A stretch of DNA of 64,000 nt from Armatimonadota bacterium (lineage in GTDB: Bacteria; Armatimonadota; SYMT01). A program made the position numbers and the translations under genes. The DNA is taken from the NCBI GenBank assembly GCA_041690135.1, contig JAWLHY010000003.1:512001-576000 (forward strand), in the 5' to 3' direction. Below, piece by piece: positions 21,723 to 31,498 of the stretch (within the stretch, counting starts at the first letter, position 1; the number at the start of each line of letters is the position of its first letter). A model generated the notes under the pieces. The model was given only the letters and a program-made list of their open reading frames with translations, was not told the DNA's origin and searched no databases.

Positions 21723-24700
21723 ATGCCCTCGCCCTCAGCAGCCCGCCGGGGACCGGACGCCGCCAGGCGGAGCACCCATTCCCGGACCCGCTGCCACGGC
21801 CGGGCCGCGGCGATGTCGTCGAAGAGCGAGTAGGCCACGGGGGTGGCCACCAGGGTCAGCAGCAGCGAGAGCGATTGCCCGCCCATCACGGTCCAGCCGA
21901 TGGTCTGGTTCGTCGCCGCGCCGACCCCCTTCGAGAAGACCAGCGGGACCATCCCCGCCACGAACGCGATCGTCGTCATCAGGATTGGCCGGAGCCGGTC
22001 CTTGTTCGCCTGCATGATCGCCGCGTGCCGTTCCATCCCCTGCTCGCGGAGCTGGTTGGTGTGGTCGATCTGCAGGATGCTGTTCTTCTTCACGATACCG
22101 AACAACACCAGCAGGCCCAGGGCGCTGAAGATGTTCAGCGACTGCCCCGTGAGCACCAGCGAGAGCAGGGCGAACGGGACGGTGAGCGGCAGGGCCAGCA
22201 GGATCGTCACCGGGTGGAGCCAGCTCTCGAACTGGGCCGCCAGGATCAGATACATGAAGACGATCGACAACAGGAATGCGAGCAGGAAATTCAGGGCCGC
22301 GCGCCCCATCTCCTTGCTCTGCCCGGCCGGGGCCGCCGTGTAGCCCGGCTCCAGTTGCAGTTCCTTCAGCGCCGCCTCCAGGTTCGTGATAACGGCAGCC
22401 TGCGACACGCCCGGCGCCACGTTGGCGGTGAGCGTCACCTGCCGCTGCCGGTTCAAGCGGTTGATGGTGGCCGGTCCCGAGCCCTCATCGAAGCGGACAA
22501 CTTCCTCCAACCCGACGCTGCCGGGTGCCCCTTGGGCGTTGGCACTGGGTACGGTAATGCTCTCCATGCCCCGGGTGTCGGAACGGTAGGCCTGCTGCGC
22601 CCGTACCCATACCTCGTACTGCTCCCCCTGCTCTTCGTAGATGGAGACCTGCTCGCCGCCCACCATCAGGCGGAGCGTGGTCGCCACGTCGGAAGGCTGC
22701 ACGCCCAGGTCGGAGGCGCGGTCCCGGTCGATCCGCACCGCCAGCTCCGGCTTGCCGAGCACCAGCGTGCTGTCCGCGTCCACCACGCCGGGGATCGACC
22801 GCAACTTCTCCAGTCCCTGCTGGGCATACTCAGAGAGCCGGTCCATGTCCCGCCCGCTGAGGACGTATTGGATGGTTGCGGCCGAGGCACCCCCACCCGA
22901 GAAGGCGGAGATCGGCTGGACTGCCATCCGCAAGCCCTGACCCGCGAACTGCGGCAGGACGCTCTTCCGGAGGTCGTTCATGATCTCATACTGGGAGCGG
23001 TTCCGCTGGCTCACCTCCACCAACCGCACGTAGACGGCTCCCAGGTTCTGGGTCCGCTGCTCGCTGGCGCCGACGGTCACCACGGTGTACTCCACGTCCT
23101 CACCGGTGCGGATCCGCTCCGCCACCTGGTTCAGAATGCGCTCCGTCGCCTTGAGGCTGGTGCCTTCCGGCGCCCGGACCGTCACCTCGAACTGCGACTC
23201 GTCGTCCTGCGGCAGAAAGTTTTTCGGCACCGCCGCGAAGAGCGGACCGGTGGAGAACAGCGCCACCCCGCACAAAGCCACCACCGCCCAGCGACGCCGC
23301 ATCGACCACCCCAGCAGCCAGAGATAACCCCGCTCGATGGGTGCATAGAACCGATCCACCCACGATTCTGAATGGTGAGCGACCACCCCTTCGGGGTATC
23401 CGGCGGAAGGATGGTCCGGCGAGAGCTCGGACGATTCATCCTTCATCCTTCCGCCTTCATCCTTCCCACGCAGCCAGCGGGCGCAGAGGGACGGCGTCAG
23501 GGTGAAGCTGACCAGCAGCGAAACCAGGATGGCCGCGGCCATGGTGACGCCGAAGGAGCTCATGAAGCGGCCGACGATGCCGCCCATGAACGCGAGCGGC
23601 ATGAACACCGCCACCAGTGAGAGCGTGGTGGCCAGCACCGCCAGCCCGATCTCGCGGGTCCCTTCGATCGCCGCTTCGAATGGCGACAGGCGCCGCTCCA
23701 CCAGCAGGCGGTAGACGTTCTCCAGCACCACGATGGCGTCGTCGATCACGATCCCCACCGCCAGGGTGAGGGCCAGCAGCGTGATGACGTTCAGCGTGAA
23801 GCCGAGATAGCTCATCACCGCGAAGGAGGCGATGATGGAAGTCGGAATGGCGAAGGCCGCGATCAAGGTCGAGCGGAAGTTGCCCAGGAAGAGCAGCACC
23901 ACCAGCGCCGCCAGGATGCCGCCCAGGATCAGGTGCTCCTGCACGGCGTGGGTGGCCGCTTCCACGTAGGTGGCCTGGTTGCGGACCACCTTCATCTCAA
24001 AACCGGCGGGCAGCGCCCCCTCGATCCGGTGCAGGCGCTCTTCGACTTCTTTGACTACCTCGACGGTGTTCGTCCCGCTCTGCTTGCGCAGGTTGAGGAT
24101 CACCGCCGGCTGGCCATTCACATTGGCGGTGCTCTCCGCCTTCTCCGCGCCGTCTTCCACGAACGCCACGTCACTCAGGCGCACGGCGTACCCGTTGCGC
24201 TGCGCCACGATGATGCGGTTGAACTCCTCCACGGTCGGCATGCGGCCGAGGGTCCGCAGCGACAGCTCCCGGTTTCCCTGTTCCACCGCGCCGCCGGGCA
24301 CCTGGATGTTCTGCGCTTGCAGGGCCCGGGTGGCGTCCATCACCGTGAGGTTGTAGGCCCGCAGCTTCTCGGGGTCCAGCCACAGGTTCACCTGGCGTTC
24401 ACGACCGCCGACGACCGCGACCTGCCCAACGCCGCTGACGGACTCGAGCTGGCGGCGGAGGGTCTTGTCCGCGAACTCGGTGATCTCCCGGAGCGAGCGG
24501 GGAGCGGTTACCGCGATCGTGATGACGGGCGCGGCGTCCGGGTCGACCTTCGTCACCGTGGGTGGATCGATCCCGGCAGGCAGCTCCGGCAGCACCAGGT
24601 TCACCTGGTCCCGGACCTCCTGGACCGCCGTGTCCACGTCCTTCTCCAGCCGGAAGGTGATGAAGACCTGCGACACGCCGTCCGACGTGGCCGAACGGAG

Positions 24701-24940
24701 CTCATCAATCCCGCTGACGGTGTTGACGGCCTCCTCGATCTTGTCGGTGACCTCCGTCTCCAACTCGGTGGGAGCGGCGCCCGGTAGGCGCGTAGTAACG
24801 GTCACGGTCGGGAAGTCGATCTTGGGAAAGCGGTCCACCCCCAGGTTGAAGTAGGAGCCCGCGCCCACCACCACCAGCATCAATACGAGCACGCTGGCGA
24901 AGACGGGGCGCCGGACGCACAGTTCGGCTAGTTTTTGCAC
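21719..24940 (-). CDS. RND efflux permease (AcrB/MdtB family)
   Basis: [39 protein letters not shown] and RLRPILMTT motifs. Confidence 0.95.
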   Translation of the reverse strand: MQKLAELCVRRPVFASVLVLMLVVVGAGSYFNLGVDRFPKIDFPTVTVTTRLPGAAPTELETEVTDKIEEAVNTVSGIDELRSATSDGVSQVFITFRLEKDVDTAVQEVRDQVNLVLPELPAGIDPPTVTKVDPDAAPVITIAVTAPRSLREITEFADKTLRRQLESVSGVGQVAVVGGRERQVNLWLDPEKLRAYNLTVMDATRALQAQNIQVPGGAVEQGNRELSLRTLGRMPTVEEFNRIIVAQRNGYAVRLSDVAFVEDGAEKAESTANVNGQPAVILNLRKQSGTNTVEVVKEVEERLHRIEGALPAGFEMKVVRNQATYVEAATHAVQEHLILGGILAALVVLLFLGNFRSTLIAAFAIPTSIIASFAVMSYLGFTLNVITLLALTLAVGIVIDDAIVVLENVYRLLVERRLSPFEAAIEGTREIGLAVLATTLSLVAVFMPLAFMGGIVGRFMSSFGVTMAAAILVSLLVSFTLTPSLCARWLRGKDEGGRMKDESSELSPDHPSAGYPEGVVAHHSESWVDRFYAPIERGYLWLLGWSMRRRWAVVALCGVALFSTGPLFAAVPKNFLPQDDESQFEVTVRAPEGTSLKATERILNQVAERIRTGEDVEYTVVTVGASEQRTQNLGAVYVRLVEVSQRNRSQYEIMNDLRKSVLPQFAGQGLRMAVQPISAFSGGGASAATIQYVLSGRDMDRLSEYAQQGLEKLRSIPGVVDADSTLVLGKPELAVRIDRDRASDLGVQPSDVATTLRLMVGGEQVSIYEEQGEQYEVWVRAQQAYRSDTRGMESITVPSANAQGAPGSVGLEEVVRFDEGSGPATINRLNRQRQVTLTANVAPGVSQAAVITNLEAALKELQLEPGYTAAPAGQSKEMGRAALNFLLAFLLSIVFMYLILAAQFESWLHPVTILLALPLTVPFALLSLVLTGQSLNIFSALGLLVLFGIVKKNSILQIDHTNQLREQGMERHAAIMQANKDRLRPILMTTIAFVAGMVPLVFSKGVGAATNQTIGWTVMGGQSLSLLLTLVATPVAYSLFDDIAAARPWQRVREWVLRLAASGPRRAAEGEGI

Positions 24941-24942
24941 CG

Positions 24943-26757
24943 TTAGATCTCCCCTGGGGTTCCGGCGGCCCCGGTGGCCTCTTCCGAAGCCAGCCGCACC
25001 CGCTGCCCGTCTTCCAACCCATCGGCGTCCTGCGTAACGACCACCTCACCGACGCGCAGCCCCTCGACGATCTGCACCCGCCCACCGGACTGACTGCCGA
25101 GCCGCACCGGGCGGTGCTGGACCGCTCCGTCCAGGTAGACGTAGACCGAGGTCTGCCCCTGGTCCGACACCACCGCCGTGCGGGGGACCGTGATGACCGG
25201 TGCTCGGGAGCCGCCCTGCAGCGTGGCCCGGGCGAAACCGCCCACCACTCCCGCTCGGGCTGCTCTGGCCACGGAGATGCGAAGGCGCACGGTCCGGGTG
25301 TCACCCTCCGTCACGCGGATCACTTCCCGCAGGGTCCCGGCGAACGTCTTGCCGGGCAGCGCATCGAGCGTCACCGCAGCGGGCGCGCCCTCTCGCAGGA
25401 ACGGCAGCGCCGTCTCGGGGGCAGTCGCTTCGAGGTAGAGGGTGTCGGAAGCGACCAGTGTCATCAGCTCGTTGTTGGCGGCCGAGACCGACTCGCCCAC
25501 GTGCATCCGGCGCTCGGAAACCACACCGTCCACCGGGCTGTAGACCCGCGTCAGCGCGATCTGGGCTTCCACGTGCCGCACGTCGGCCTGCGCCTGGCTC
25601 GAGGCCGCGCGCGCCTGGCCGATGGCGGCGTCCGCCTGGCTCAGCGCCGCCCGCGCCGCCTGGATTTCTTCCTGGCTCATCTGGCGCTGCCCCAGCCCGG
25701 CCCGCGCCGCCTCGAGCGCCGCTTCCGCGCTCCTGACCTGGGCCGCCGCGGTCTCGACGTCGTCGTTGCTGATGGCGCGGCGGGCCTTGTTGGCTTCCGC
25801 ATCGCGCAAGGTGGCTTCGGCCTGGCGGATCGCTTCTTCGCCGATTCTCACTTCTTCGCTGCGTGGACCCTCACGCACCAGGTCGAGGTTCTCGCGGGCC
25901 GCGGCGAGACTGGCGGCGGCGGCTTCGTAGTCCCGCCGGGCGTTTTCCACCTCTTCCGCCGCAATCGCGCCCTCGCGCAGGAGTTGCTCGCGGCGCGACA
26001 ACATGCCCTTCAGCTTCTCCGACTGGGCCTGAGCCTGGGCTACCGCCGCCTGCGCCTGCGCCGTTTCCTGGCGCCGGGCGCCTTCCTGCAGCACCTTCAG
26101 CCGCTCCCGCGCCGACTGCAGCGCCGATCGCGCCGCCGAGACCCGGGTCTCCGCCTGGGTTGCCTCGATGCCGGCCTGGGCCTTCGTCTGCGACAGGCGA
26201 CTCCGGGCCGCGGCCAACTCCTGCTCCGCCTGGCGGAACGTCCCCTCCGCCGCCGCGTCCTTCACCGTCCGCGAGGTCGTGGCCTGCGAGAGGCGCGACT
26301 GCGCAGCCCGGCGGTTCGCTTCCGCCGCACGCACGTTCGCGTCCGCCGCGCGGACCGCCGCCAGCGCTCGCGAACGCTGGGCCTGCAGCTCCGAGTCATC
26401 CAGTTCGACCAGCAACTGGCCGCGGCGTACGCGCTTGCCTTCTTCCACCAGCATCCGCTCGACCCGTCCCACCGCCTTGGTAGAGACCTTCACCACCTCG
26501 TTCGAACGCAGCGATCCGGTCACGCGGATCGACCGGTCCAGCGGACCGGCTGTGACCACCTGCGCCACCACCGCGGGGACCTGTGCCGCTTCCGGCTGCG
26601 AGGGTCCGGGGGCGGCCACGCGCGACTGGGTTTCTCCCGGAGTATTGCGCGCCAGGGCCAGTCCGCCACCGGCCACCGCCGCAGTCAGCAGCAACAGCGA
26701 CTGCCAGCGGACCGAGGATCGCCCGGGCGAACTTATCTTGCTTTGTTCCAGTGCCAC
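24943..26757 (-). CDS. RND periplasmic adaptor (MFP) with a very long coiled-coil hairpin
   Basis: N-terminal TM helix; lipoyl halves [20 protein letters not shown] and VYSPVDGVV; GTG 26757 follows a GGGAG RBS. Confidence 0.9.
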   Translation of the reverse strand: MALEQSKISSPGRSSVRWQSLLLLTAAVAGGGLALARNTPGETQSRVAAPGPSQPEAAQVPAVVAQVVTAGPLDRSIRVTGSLRSNEVVKVSTKAVGRVERMLVEEGKRVRRGQLLVELDDSELQAQRSRALAAVRAADANVRAAEANRRAAQSRLSQATTSRTVKDAAAEGTFRQAEQELAAARSRLSQTKAQAGIEATQAETRVSAARSALQSARERLKVLQEGARRQETAQAQAAVAQAQAQSEKLKGMLSRREQLLREGAIAAEEVENARRDYEAAAASLAAARENLDLVREGPRSEEVRIGEEAIRQAEATLRDAEANKARRAISNDDVETAAAQVRSAEAALEAARAGLGQRQMSQEEIQAARAALSQADAAIGQARAASSQAQADVRHVEAQIALTRVYSPVDGVVSERRMHVGESVSAANNELMTLVASDTLYLEATAPETALPFLREGAPAAVTLDALPGKTFAGTLREVIRVTEGDTRTVRLRISVARAARAGVVGGFARATLQGGSRAPVITVPRTAVVSDQGQTSVYVYLDGAVQHRPVRLGSQSGGRVQIVEGLRVGEVVVTQDADGLEDGQRVRLASEEATGAAGTPGEI

Positions 26758-26783
26758 TTCTCGCTCCCGCACTTGAAATTCAC

Positions 26784-26797
26784 TAACCAGTTGGTTA
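26784..26797. promoter_or_regulatory. Palindromic operator, probably for the TetR regulator of the efflux operon
   Basis: TAACCA-GT-TGGTTA perfect inverted repeat in the AT-rich stretch upstream of the MFP start. Confidence 0.6.
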
Positions 26798-26883
26798 AAT
26801 TGTAGCGGCAAGCGTGACCCCTGGCAATCCCCCAACGAGGCTCAATTCGCCCTTCACGGGGTGGGGCACGCTGGAGAGAAACC

Positions 26884-27540
26884 ATGCGAAGCTACATCAG
26901 AAAACTGACCCGAGCGTTCACCTGCAGCTTCGGCATCACGTCCATGGTGCAGGCCGCTGGACCCCCGCGGTATATGCTGGCCGTGCGGCCGGAGATGGCG
27001 GTCCCGGTTGTGGCGGTGGGCGCCTCCGGCATGCTGAATGCCGACCCGCTGCCCCTCCCCGCGCCGGAGCCGGTCCCGCCGCCACGTCTGATCGCCGTCG
27101 ATGACCGGATCGCGATTCGCACGGAACAGCTCCGGCCGGAAGTCAAGCAGCGTCTGGTCCGCGCGGCGGAACGCCTTCCCGAGGGCGTTAGCCTGATCGT
27201 TACTTCCGCTTACCGCACGCGCGAGGAGCAGGCCGCTCTGACCCCGACCTTCGGCGTGAAGGCGCGGCCGGGCACGAGCACCCACGAGGTGGGTCGCGGC
27301 ATCGACCTGAATACCCTGGTGGACGGGGAGCGAATCTCCCCGCGCGAGCAGCACGCGGTGATCGGCGAGGCGCTCTCCGCGGAGGGGTTCCGGTGGCTCG
27401 GCTCCAGCGATCCGGTGCACTACAGCATCCCGGCGTGGGTCCTCAACCGCCGGCCGGAAGAGGACCGCTCGCTGGCACTGCCAACCCTGGACGAGGTGCT
27501 GCCGTCTACGGACGTCGACGGGCCGCTATCAGTAGAGTAG
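26884..27540 (+). CDS. M15 (VanY-like) zinc D,D-carboxypeptidase family protein
   Basis: TSAYRTREEQ, PGTSTHEVGRGIDL and DPVHY motifs. Confidence 0.75.
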   Translation: MRSYIRKLTRAFTCSFGITSMVQAAGPPRYMLAVRPEMAVPVVAVGASGMLNADPLPLPAPEPVPPPRLIAVDDRIAIRTEQLRPEVKQRLVRAAERLPEGVSLIVTSAYRTREEQAALTPTFGVKARPGTSTHEVGRGIDLNTLVDGERISPREQHAVIGEALSAEGFRWLGSSDPVHYSIPAWVLNRRPEEDRSLALPTLDEVLPSTDVDGPLSVE

Positions 27541-30175
27541 TAACGGCGCCCAGCGTGAGCAGCGTGAAGAAGAGGCCCACGCGAAACGGCGCGGGTGCGT
27601 AGACCAGTTCTACCCGGTGCTGCCCCGCTTCCAGCGGAATACCCATCAGTAGGTGATCGGCGGGGACTACCCGTTCCGGCCGGCCGTCCACCCGGGCGCG
27701 CCACGCCGGGTCGAACTGCTCCGCTACCACCAGCAGTCCTGGCTGCGGGGCCGTCCCTTCCAGGACCAACCGGTTGCTGTTGACCCGCCGGACCTGGAAC
27801 GGGGTCACCGTGGGTGGGCCTTCGTACGCCGGCGCATTCGGACCGCTGGTCAGCGCGATCCGGACGAAGCGGTCGGGATGGGAGAGGTTCTCCAGCACCG
27901 CATCCTGGGTCGGTAGGGCCTGGACGTTGGTGTGGAGCCGCGCGTAGGGGAGGGCGCCGGGGTCTTCCTGCACGGCCGTCCCCACGAAAGGCTTGTTGCC
28001 GGGGAACAGCTCGCGGGCGCCGGTGAGGTAGTAGCGCACCCCTACCGCCTCCAGGCCGCCCATGCCCGGCCGCGCCCAAGGACCCGCTCCCCCTGCCGCC
28101 TGGGTCATGGCCGTCTCCCACTGCCGGTAGCGCCGGGTGACGAACGAGTCACTACCCGCGATGTCCGGCAAGCCGAATGTAGCGGGCAGGTTGGAAGGCA
28201 TCCACTGGTTGAAGCTCCCCCGCTGCCCGTCCGGTCCGACGGAGAGGAAGCGATAGGCTTCCGGCGCCTCCTGCAGCGCCCGGATCTCCGGTGTCACTAC
28301 ATGGGCCAGGGCAGGATCGGTGGCCGGGTTGAACGTGCCTCCGAAGGCGAACAGGTCGGCGGTCACCACCAGGGCGACCAGCCCGCCCACTAACGCGGGT
28401 TTCAGGGGAGACCGCCGGCTAAAGGCGAACAATCCCAGCAGCAGCACCGGCGCGGCCATCCACAGCAACGCCAGCAACAGGTCGCGGGTCGCCAGGGAAT
28501 CGACGGAAGCCCGGCCCTGGGCGGCGAGGAACTGCTGCACCCCCTCCGGCGCGGCGCCCCCGAAGATGAAGTGACCCACCGCGGCAATCGCCCCCAGCAC
28601 CACCGCCGCAATCGCCATCCCTTTCACCGCCGGCTGACCGGTTGCAGGCGTCTCCTCTCCTGCTTCCCGCGCACCCAGCACCGCATGCACCCCGAGCGCG
28701 GCCAGGCAGGCCAATGGCCACGCGGCCACGCAGAGGATCCGCGCCATCGCCGTGAACTGCCCAAAAACGGGCAGCCACCACAAGAGCTTGTAGAGCGGCG
28801 TCCCCATCGCCCAGAGTACCGCCAGCACCGTCAGGACCAGGGAGAAACGGGCAAGCAACGGCAGTAGGGAAGTGTGGGAGTATGGAAGTGTGGGGGATGG
28901 TGGGTGCTCGGGTGTTCGGGTGTTCAGGTGCTCAGGTGTTCGGGTGTTCGGGTGTTCGGGTGTTCGGGTGTTCAGGCGTTCGGCGTTCAGGTGTTCAGGC
29001 GTAGTTCCCCCCTGCCCACTGCCTTCTGCTTTCTGCCTTCTGCTTTCTCCTCTGCGGCCCTCTGCGGTCCTTTGCGTCTCTGCGGTAAGTTGGCCCCGAC
29101 GCAGCAGCACCAGGCCGCCGACGGCGAGGACGAGCACCGATACACCGGGGTAGAACGTCCGCTCCACGAATGCCAGGCCCGCGTGGCCATCCAGCGGCAG
29201 CCAGCTCTGCTGGGCGAACTGGGCGGTGCCGTCGCCAAAGAGGCGGGGGAGGAGCAGAGTCCAGAACTGCGCGGGAGGCATGGACGTCCCCTGCACCGCC
29301 TCCCAGGGGATGCGCCCGGCGCGGTCGGTCCGGGGCACGAAATCGAGCGCGGGAAGGAGGTGCCCCAGTGCGAGACCACCGGCCAGAAGCAGTGGGAGAC
29401 CGAGCCCACGGAACAGCGTGGGGAGCGGGCGAGGACCGGCGAGCGCCCGGACCAGCACCCATGCACCCCATGTCAGGAAAACGTAGGCGGAGCTCTGGGC
29501 GTGGCCGCCCAGGAGGTTGAGGCCCAGCACCAGGCCGGACGCGGACAACCACCGAACGTCCCGGTCCTGGTGGCCGCGCTCCCAGCAGTAGAGGGCCAGG
29601 GGAAGCCAGCAGAGGGTCCACTGGGTCACGTTGGGATACGCCAGCCAGACGATGATGAACCCGTTGAAAGTAAAGGCCACCGCGCCGGTCGCCGCCGCCG
29701 CGCGGCCCAGGCCCAAAAGGCGCAGAAAGAGGAACCCGCCGACCGCCGCCGCAGAAAGGTGGAGCAGCGCGGACCACCCGAACTGCAGTGCCGGGGGGAA
29801 CAGGGCCAGAAGCCAGGTGGGTGGGTAAAGGACGGCTCCCTGCTGCGCACCTACAAACGGGCTGCCGCCGTAGACGTGCGGCTCCCACAGCGGCAGCCAG
29901 CCGCCCTGCAGCGCCTCCTGCATGTGGACCCGGCGCGGGTAGTACTGCTGCAGCGCGTCGAGCAGCGGGTTATGCGCCGGGGGCAGAGAACCCCACAACT
30001 CGCGCGCGTGCCGGACCCAGGGCTGGAACACCGGGATCAGGTCCAACGGCAGCAGCGAGCGCCCCAGGAAGACGTACGGGAACAGGAAGAGGGCAACGAG
30101 CAGGACTAGGAGGAGCGGTATAACGGGGAACCTCCGGCCTTCCCTCCCCTGCGGTGGCGGCGATGTCTCTGCCAT
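27506..30175 (-). CDS. YfhO-family polytopic membrane protein (GT-C-like)
   Basis: LPLWEPHVYGGSPF, GGHAQ and the C-terminal FDPAWRARVDG...GQHRVELVYAP motif; ATG 30175. Confidence 0.8.
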   Translation of the reverse strand: MAETSPPPQGREGRRFPVIPLLLVLLVALFLFPYVFLGRSLLPLDLIPVFQPWVRHARELWGSLPPAHNPLLDALQQYYPRRVHMQEALQGGWLPLWEPHVYGGSPFVGAQQGAVLYPPTWLLALFPPALQFGWSALLHLSAAAVGGFLFLRLLGLGRAAAATGAVAFTFNGFIIVWLAYPNVTQWTLCWLPLALYCWERGHQDRDVRWLSASGLVLGLNLLGGHAQSSAYVFLTWGAWVLVRALAGPRPLPTLFRGLGLPLLLAGGLALGHLLPALDFVPRTDRAGRIPWEAVQGTSMPPAQFWTLLLPRLFGDGTAQFAQQSWLPLDGHAGLAFVERTFYPGVSVLVLAVGGLVLLRRGQLTAETQRTAEGRRGESRRQKAEGSGQGGTTPEHLNAERLNTRTPEHPNTRTPEHLNTRTPEHPPSPTLPYSHTSLLPLLARFSLVLTVLAVLWAMGTPLYKLLWWLPVFGQFTAMARILCVAAWPLACLAALGVHAVLGAREAGEETPATGQPAVKGMAIAAVVLGAIAAVGHFIFGGAAPEGVQQFLAAQGRASVDSLATRDLLLALLWMAAPVLLLGLFAFSRRSPLKPALVGGLVALVVTADLFAFGGTFNPATDPALAHVVTPEIRALQEAPEAYRFLSVGPDGQRGSFNQWMPSNLPATFGLPDIAGSDSFVTRRYRQWETAMTQAAGGAGPWARPGMGGLEAVGVRYYLTGARELFPGNKPFVGTAVQEDPGALPYARLHTNVQALPTQDAVLENLSHPDRFVRIALTSGPNAPAYEGPPTVTPFQVRRVNSNRLVLEGTAPQPGLLVVAEQFDPAWRARVDGRPERVVPADHLLMGIPLEAGQHRVELVYAPAPFRVGLFFTLLTLGAVTTLLIAARRRP
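28868..29090. repeat. Composite short tandem repeats in frame inside the YfhO-like gene
   Basis: Run of GGTGTTCG/GGTGTTCA 8-mers, GCCTTCT/GCTTTCT 7-mers and TCTGCG-type units; translated as TAETQRTAE, RRQKAEG and (NTRTPEHL)n. Confidence 0.85.
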
Positions 30176-30180
30176 GGGTC

Positions 30181-31029
30181 CTAAATGGGGAACAGACGGG
30201 CCAGTTCCTCGGCAGAGGGCTGCCGGCCGTACTCGCTGATCTGGTAGGCTTCGGCGAAGCGGCAGTGTTCCGGTACCCGCTCCGGCGCCAGTTCCCGGCA
30301 CCCGTCGGCTACCCGGCGGCCCCGGTCCTCCATCCACGTGCGGGCGAAGCGGACGCGCGCCTCGGGGTCCTCCGGCACCTGGGCGAGGATGCCCAGGTTG
30401 TACGGCAGCCACTCGTACATCTGCGAGACGTGCTGGCGGGTGATCTCCACCTTCACATCGAGCACATCATCGATCGGCACCACCACGTCGGGGCGAAAAA
30501 GCCCGCCCTCGCGGAAGCGGTCGAACCAATAGGCGAACACCGGCATCCGGTCGAGGTGGCGCACGTCCGGGCACATCGGCGGGACCGTCAGCATGAAGGT
30601 CGCGTCCAGGACGAGTTGCGCGGTGTAGCGGTGGTCCCGGTGATAGTCATTTGGCCGGTTGACGAGGACGAGATCCGGTCCCTGGCCTTCCGGTCCCCAG
30701 GAGCGGATCAGGCGGATCATCCGCTCCGTCAGCTCCTCGGTCACGTAAACGGAGCCGTCGTGAACGTCCAGACTCTCGAACTCCCCGCCGAACACCTCCA
30801 CGGCGTGGCGATTCTCTTCCATCCGGCGCGCGGCCAGGGCGGCGCGGTCCTGGATGTACTCGGGATAGTAGTGGCCGCGGTCGCCGTTGGTCACGGAGAC
30901 GAACTTGACGCGGTCACCCCGCTGCGCGAAGAGGGCGGCAGTACCGCCGCAGGAGAAATCAGCGTCGTCGGGATGCGCCCCGATAAAGAGAACGTGCATG
31001 CGAAAGTCTGTACTGGGCTGGGACGCCAC
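30181..31029 (-). CDS. PIG-L/LmbE family deacetylase
   Basis: IGAHPDDAD, TNGDRGH and DYHRDH motifs; alternative start ATG 30999. Confidence 0.9.
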   Translation of the reverse strand: MASQPSTDFRMHVLFIGAHPDDADFSCGGTAALFAQRGDRVKFVSVTNGDRGHYYPEYIQDRAALAARRMEENRHAVEVFGGEFESLDVHDGSVYVTEELTERMIRLIRSWGPEGQGPDLVLVNRPNDYHRDHRYTAQLVLDATFMLTVPPMCPDVRHLDRMPVFAYWFDRFREGGLFRPDVVVPIDDVLDVKVEITRQHVSQMYEWLPYNLGILAQVPEDPEARVRFARTWMEDRGRRVADGCRELAPERVPEHCRFAEAYQISEYGRQPSAEELARLFPI

Positions 31030-31343
31030 CTGCGACAGGCAGGCGTCGGAGACTACCGAACGGGTTCTGTCGATAGAGGTTCGCCGGATCCCCTGTGAGT
31101 GCCTCCCAAACGCGGACCCGAACCGCCGCCGATGCCGTGCCCTTGCCTCCGCTATTCAAGTCTCTTCAATAGCCGTTCGGCCTATTAAAGATTTGCCCGC
31201 AATTTTAGATAGCAGCGGGACAACCATCAAGCGCGTCATCCATCCACCCGAGCCCCCGCGGCTCGATCCTGAGATTCGGGTTCGGTGTTCCGCGTCGTGA
31301 TCGATCCTGACGGCGATTCTCCTTCCTCTCCGTGGTTCGGATC

Positions 31344-31398
31344 TCCTTATCCTTATCCTCATCCTTATCTTCATCCGCCCTCATCCTTATCCTTATCC
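31344..31398. repeat. Hexamer tandem repeat (TCCTTA/TCCTCA)
   Basis: Seen directly; related hexamer tracts occur at ~36056, ~36460, 40321, 40496 and 51451. Confidence 0.7.
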
Positions 31399-31498
31399 CG
31401 TCCACACCGGGGTTTAGCCGTTCTCCCGTGGGGGAAGGCGTGAATGGACGCCCCTCCACCATCCATTCGGGCGGCGTCGGGGGAGCAACACAGGCTGC

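Noticed and set aside
21707-26805. Long plus-strand ORFs (554 and 563 aa)
   Set aside because: Antisense to the RND permease and adaptor genes.
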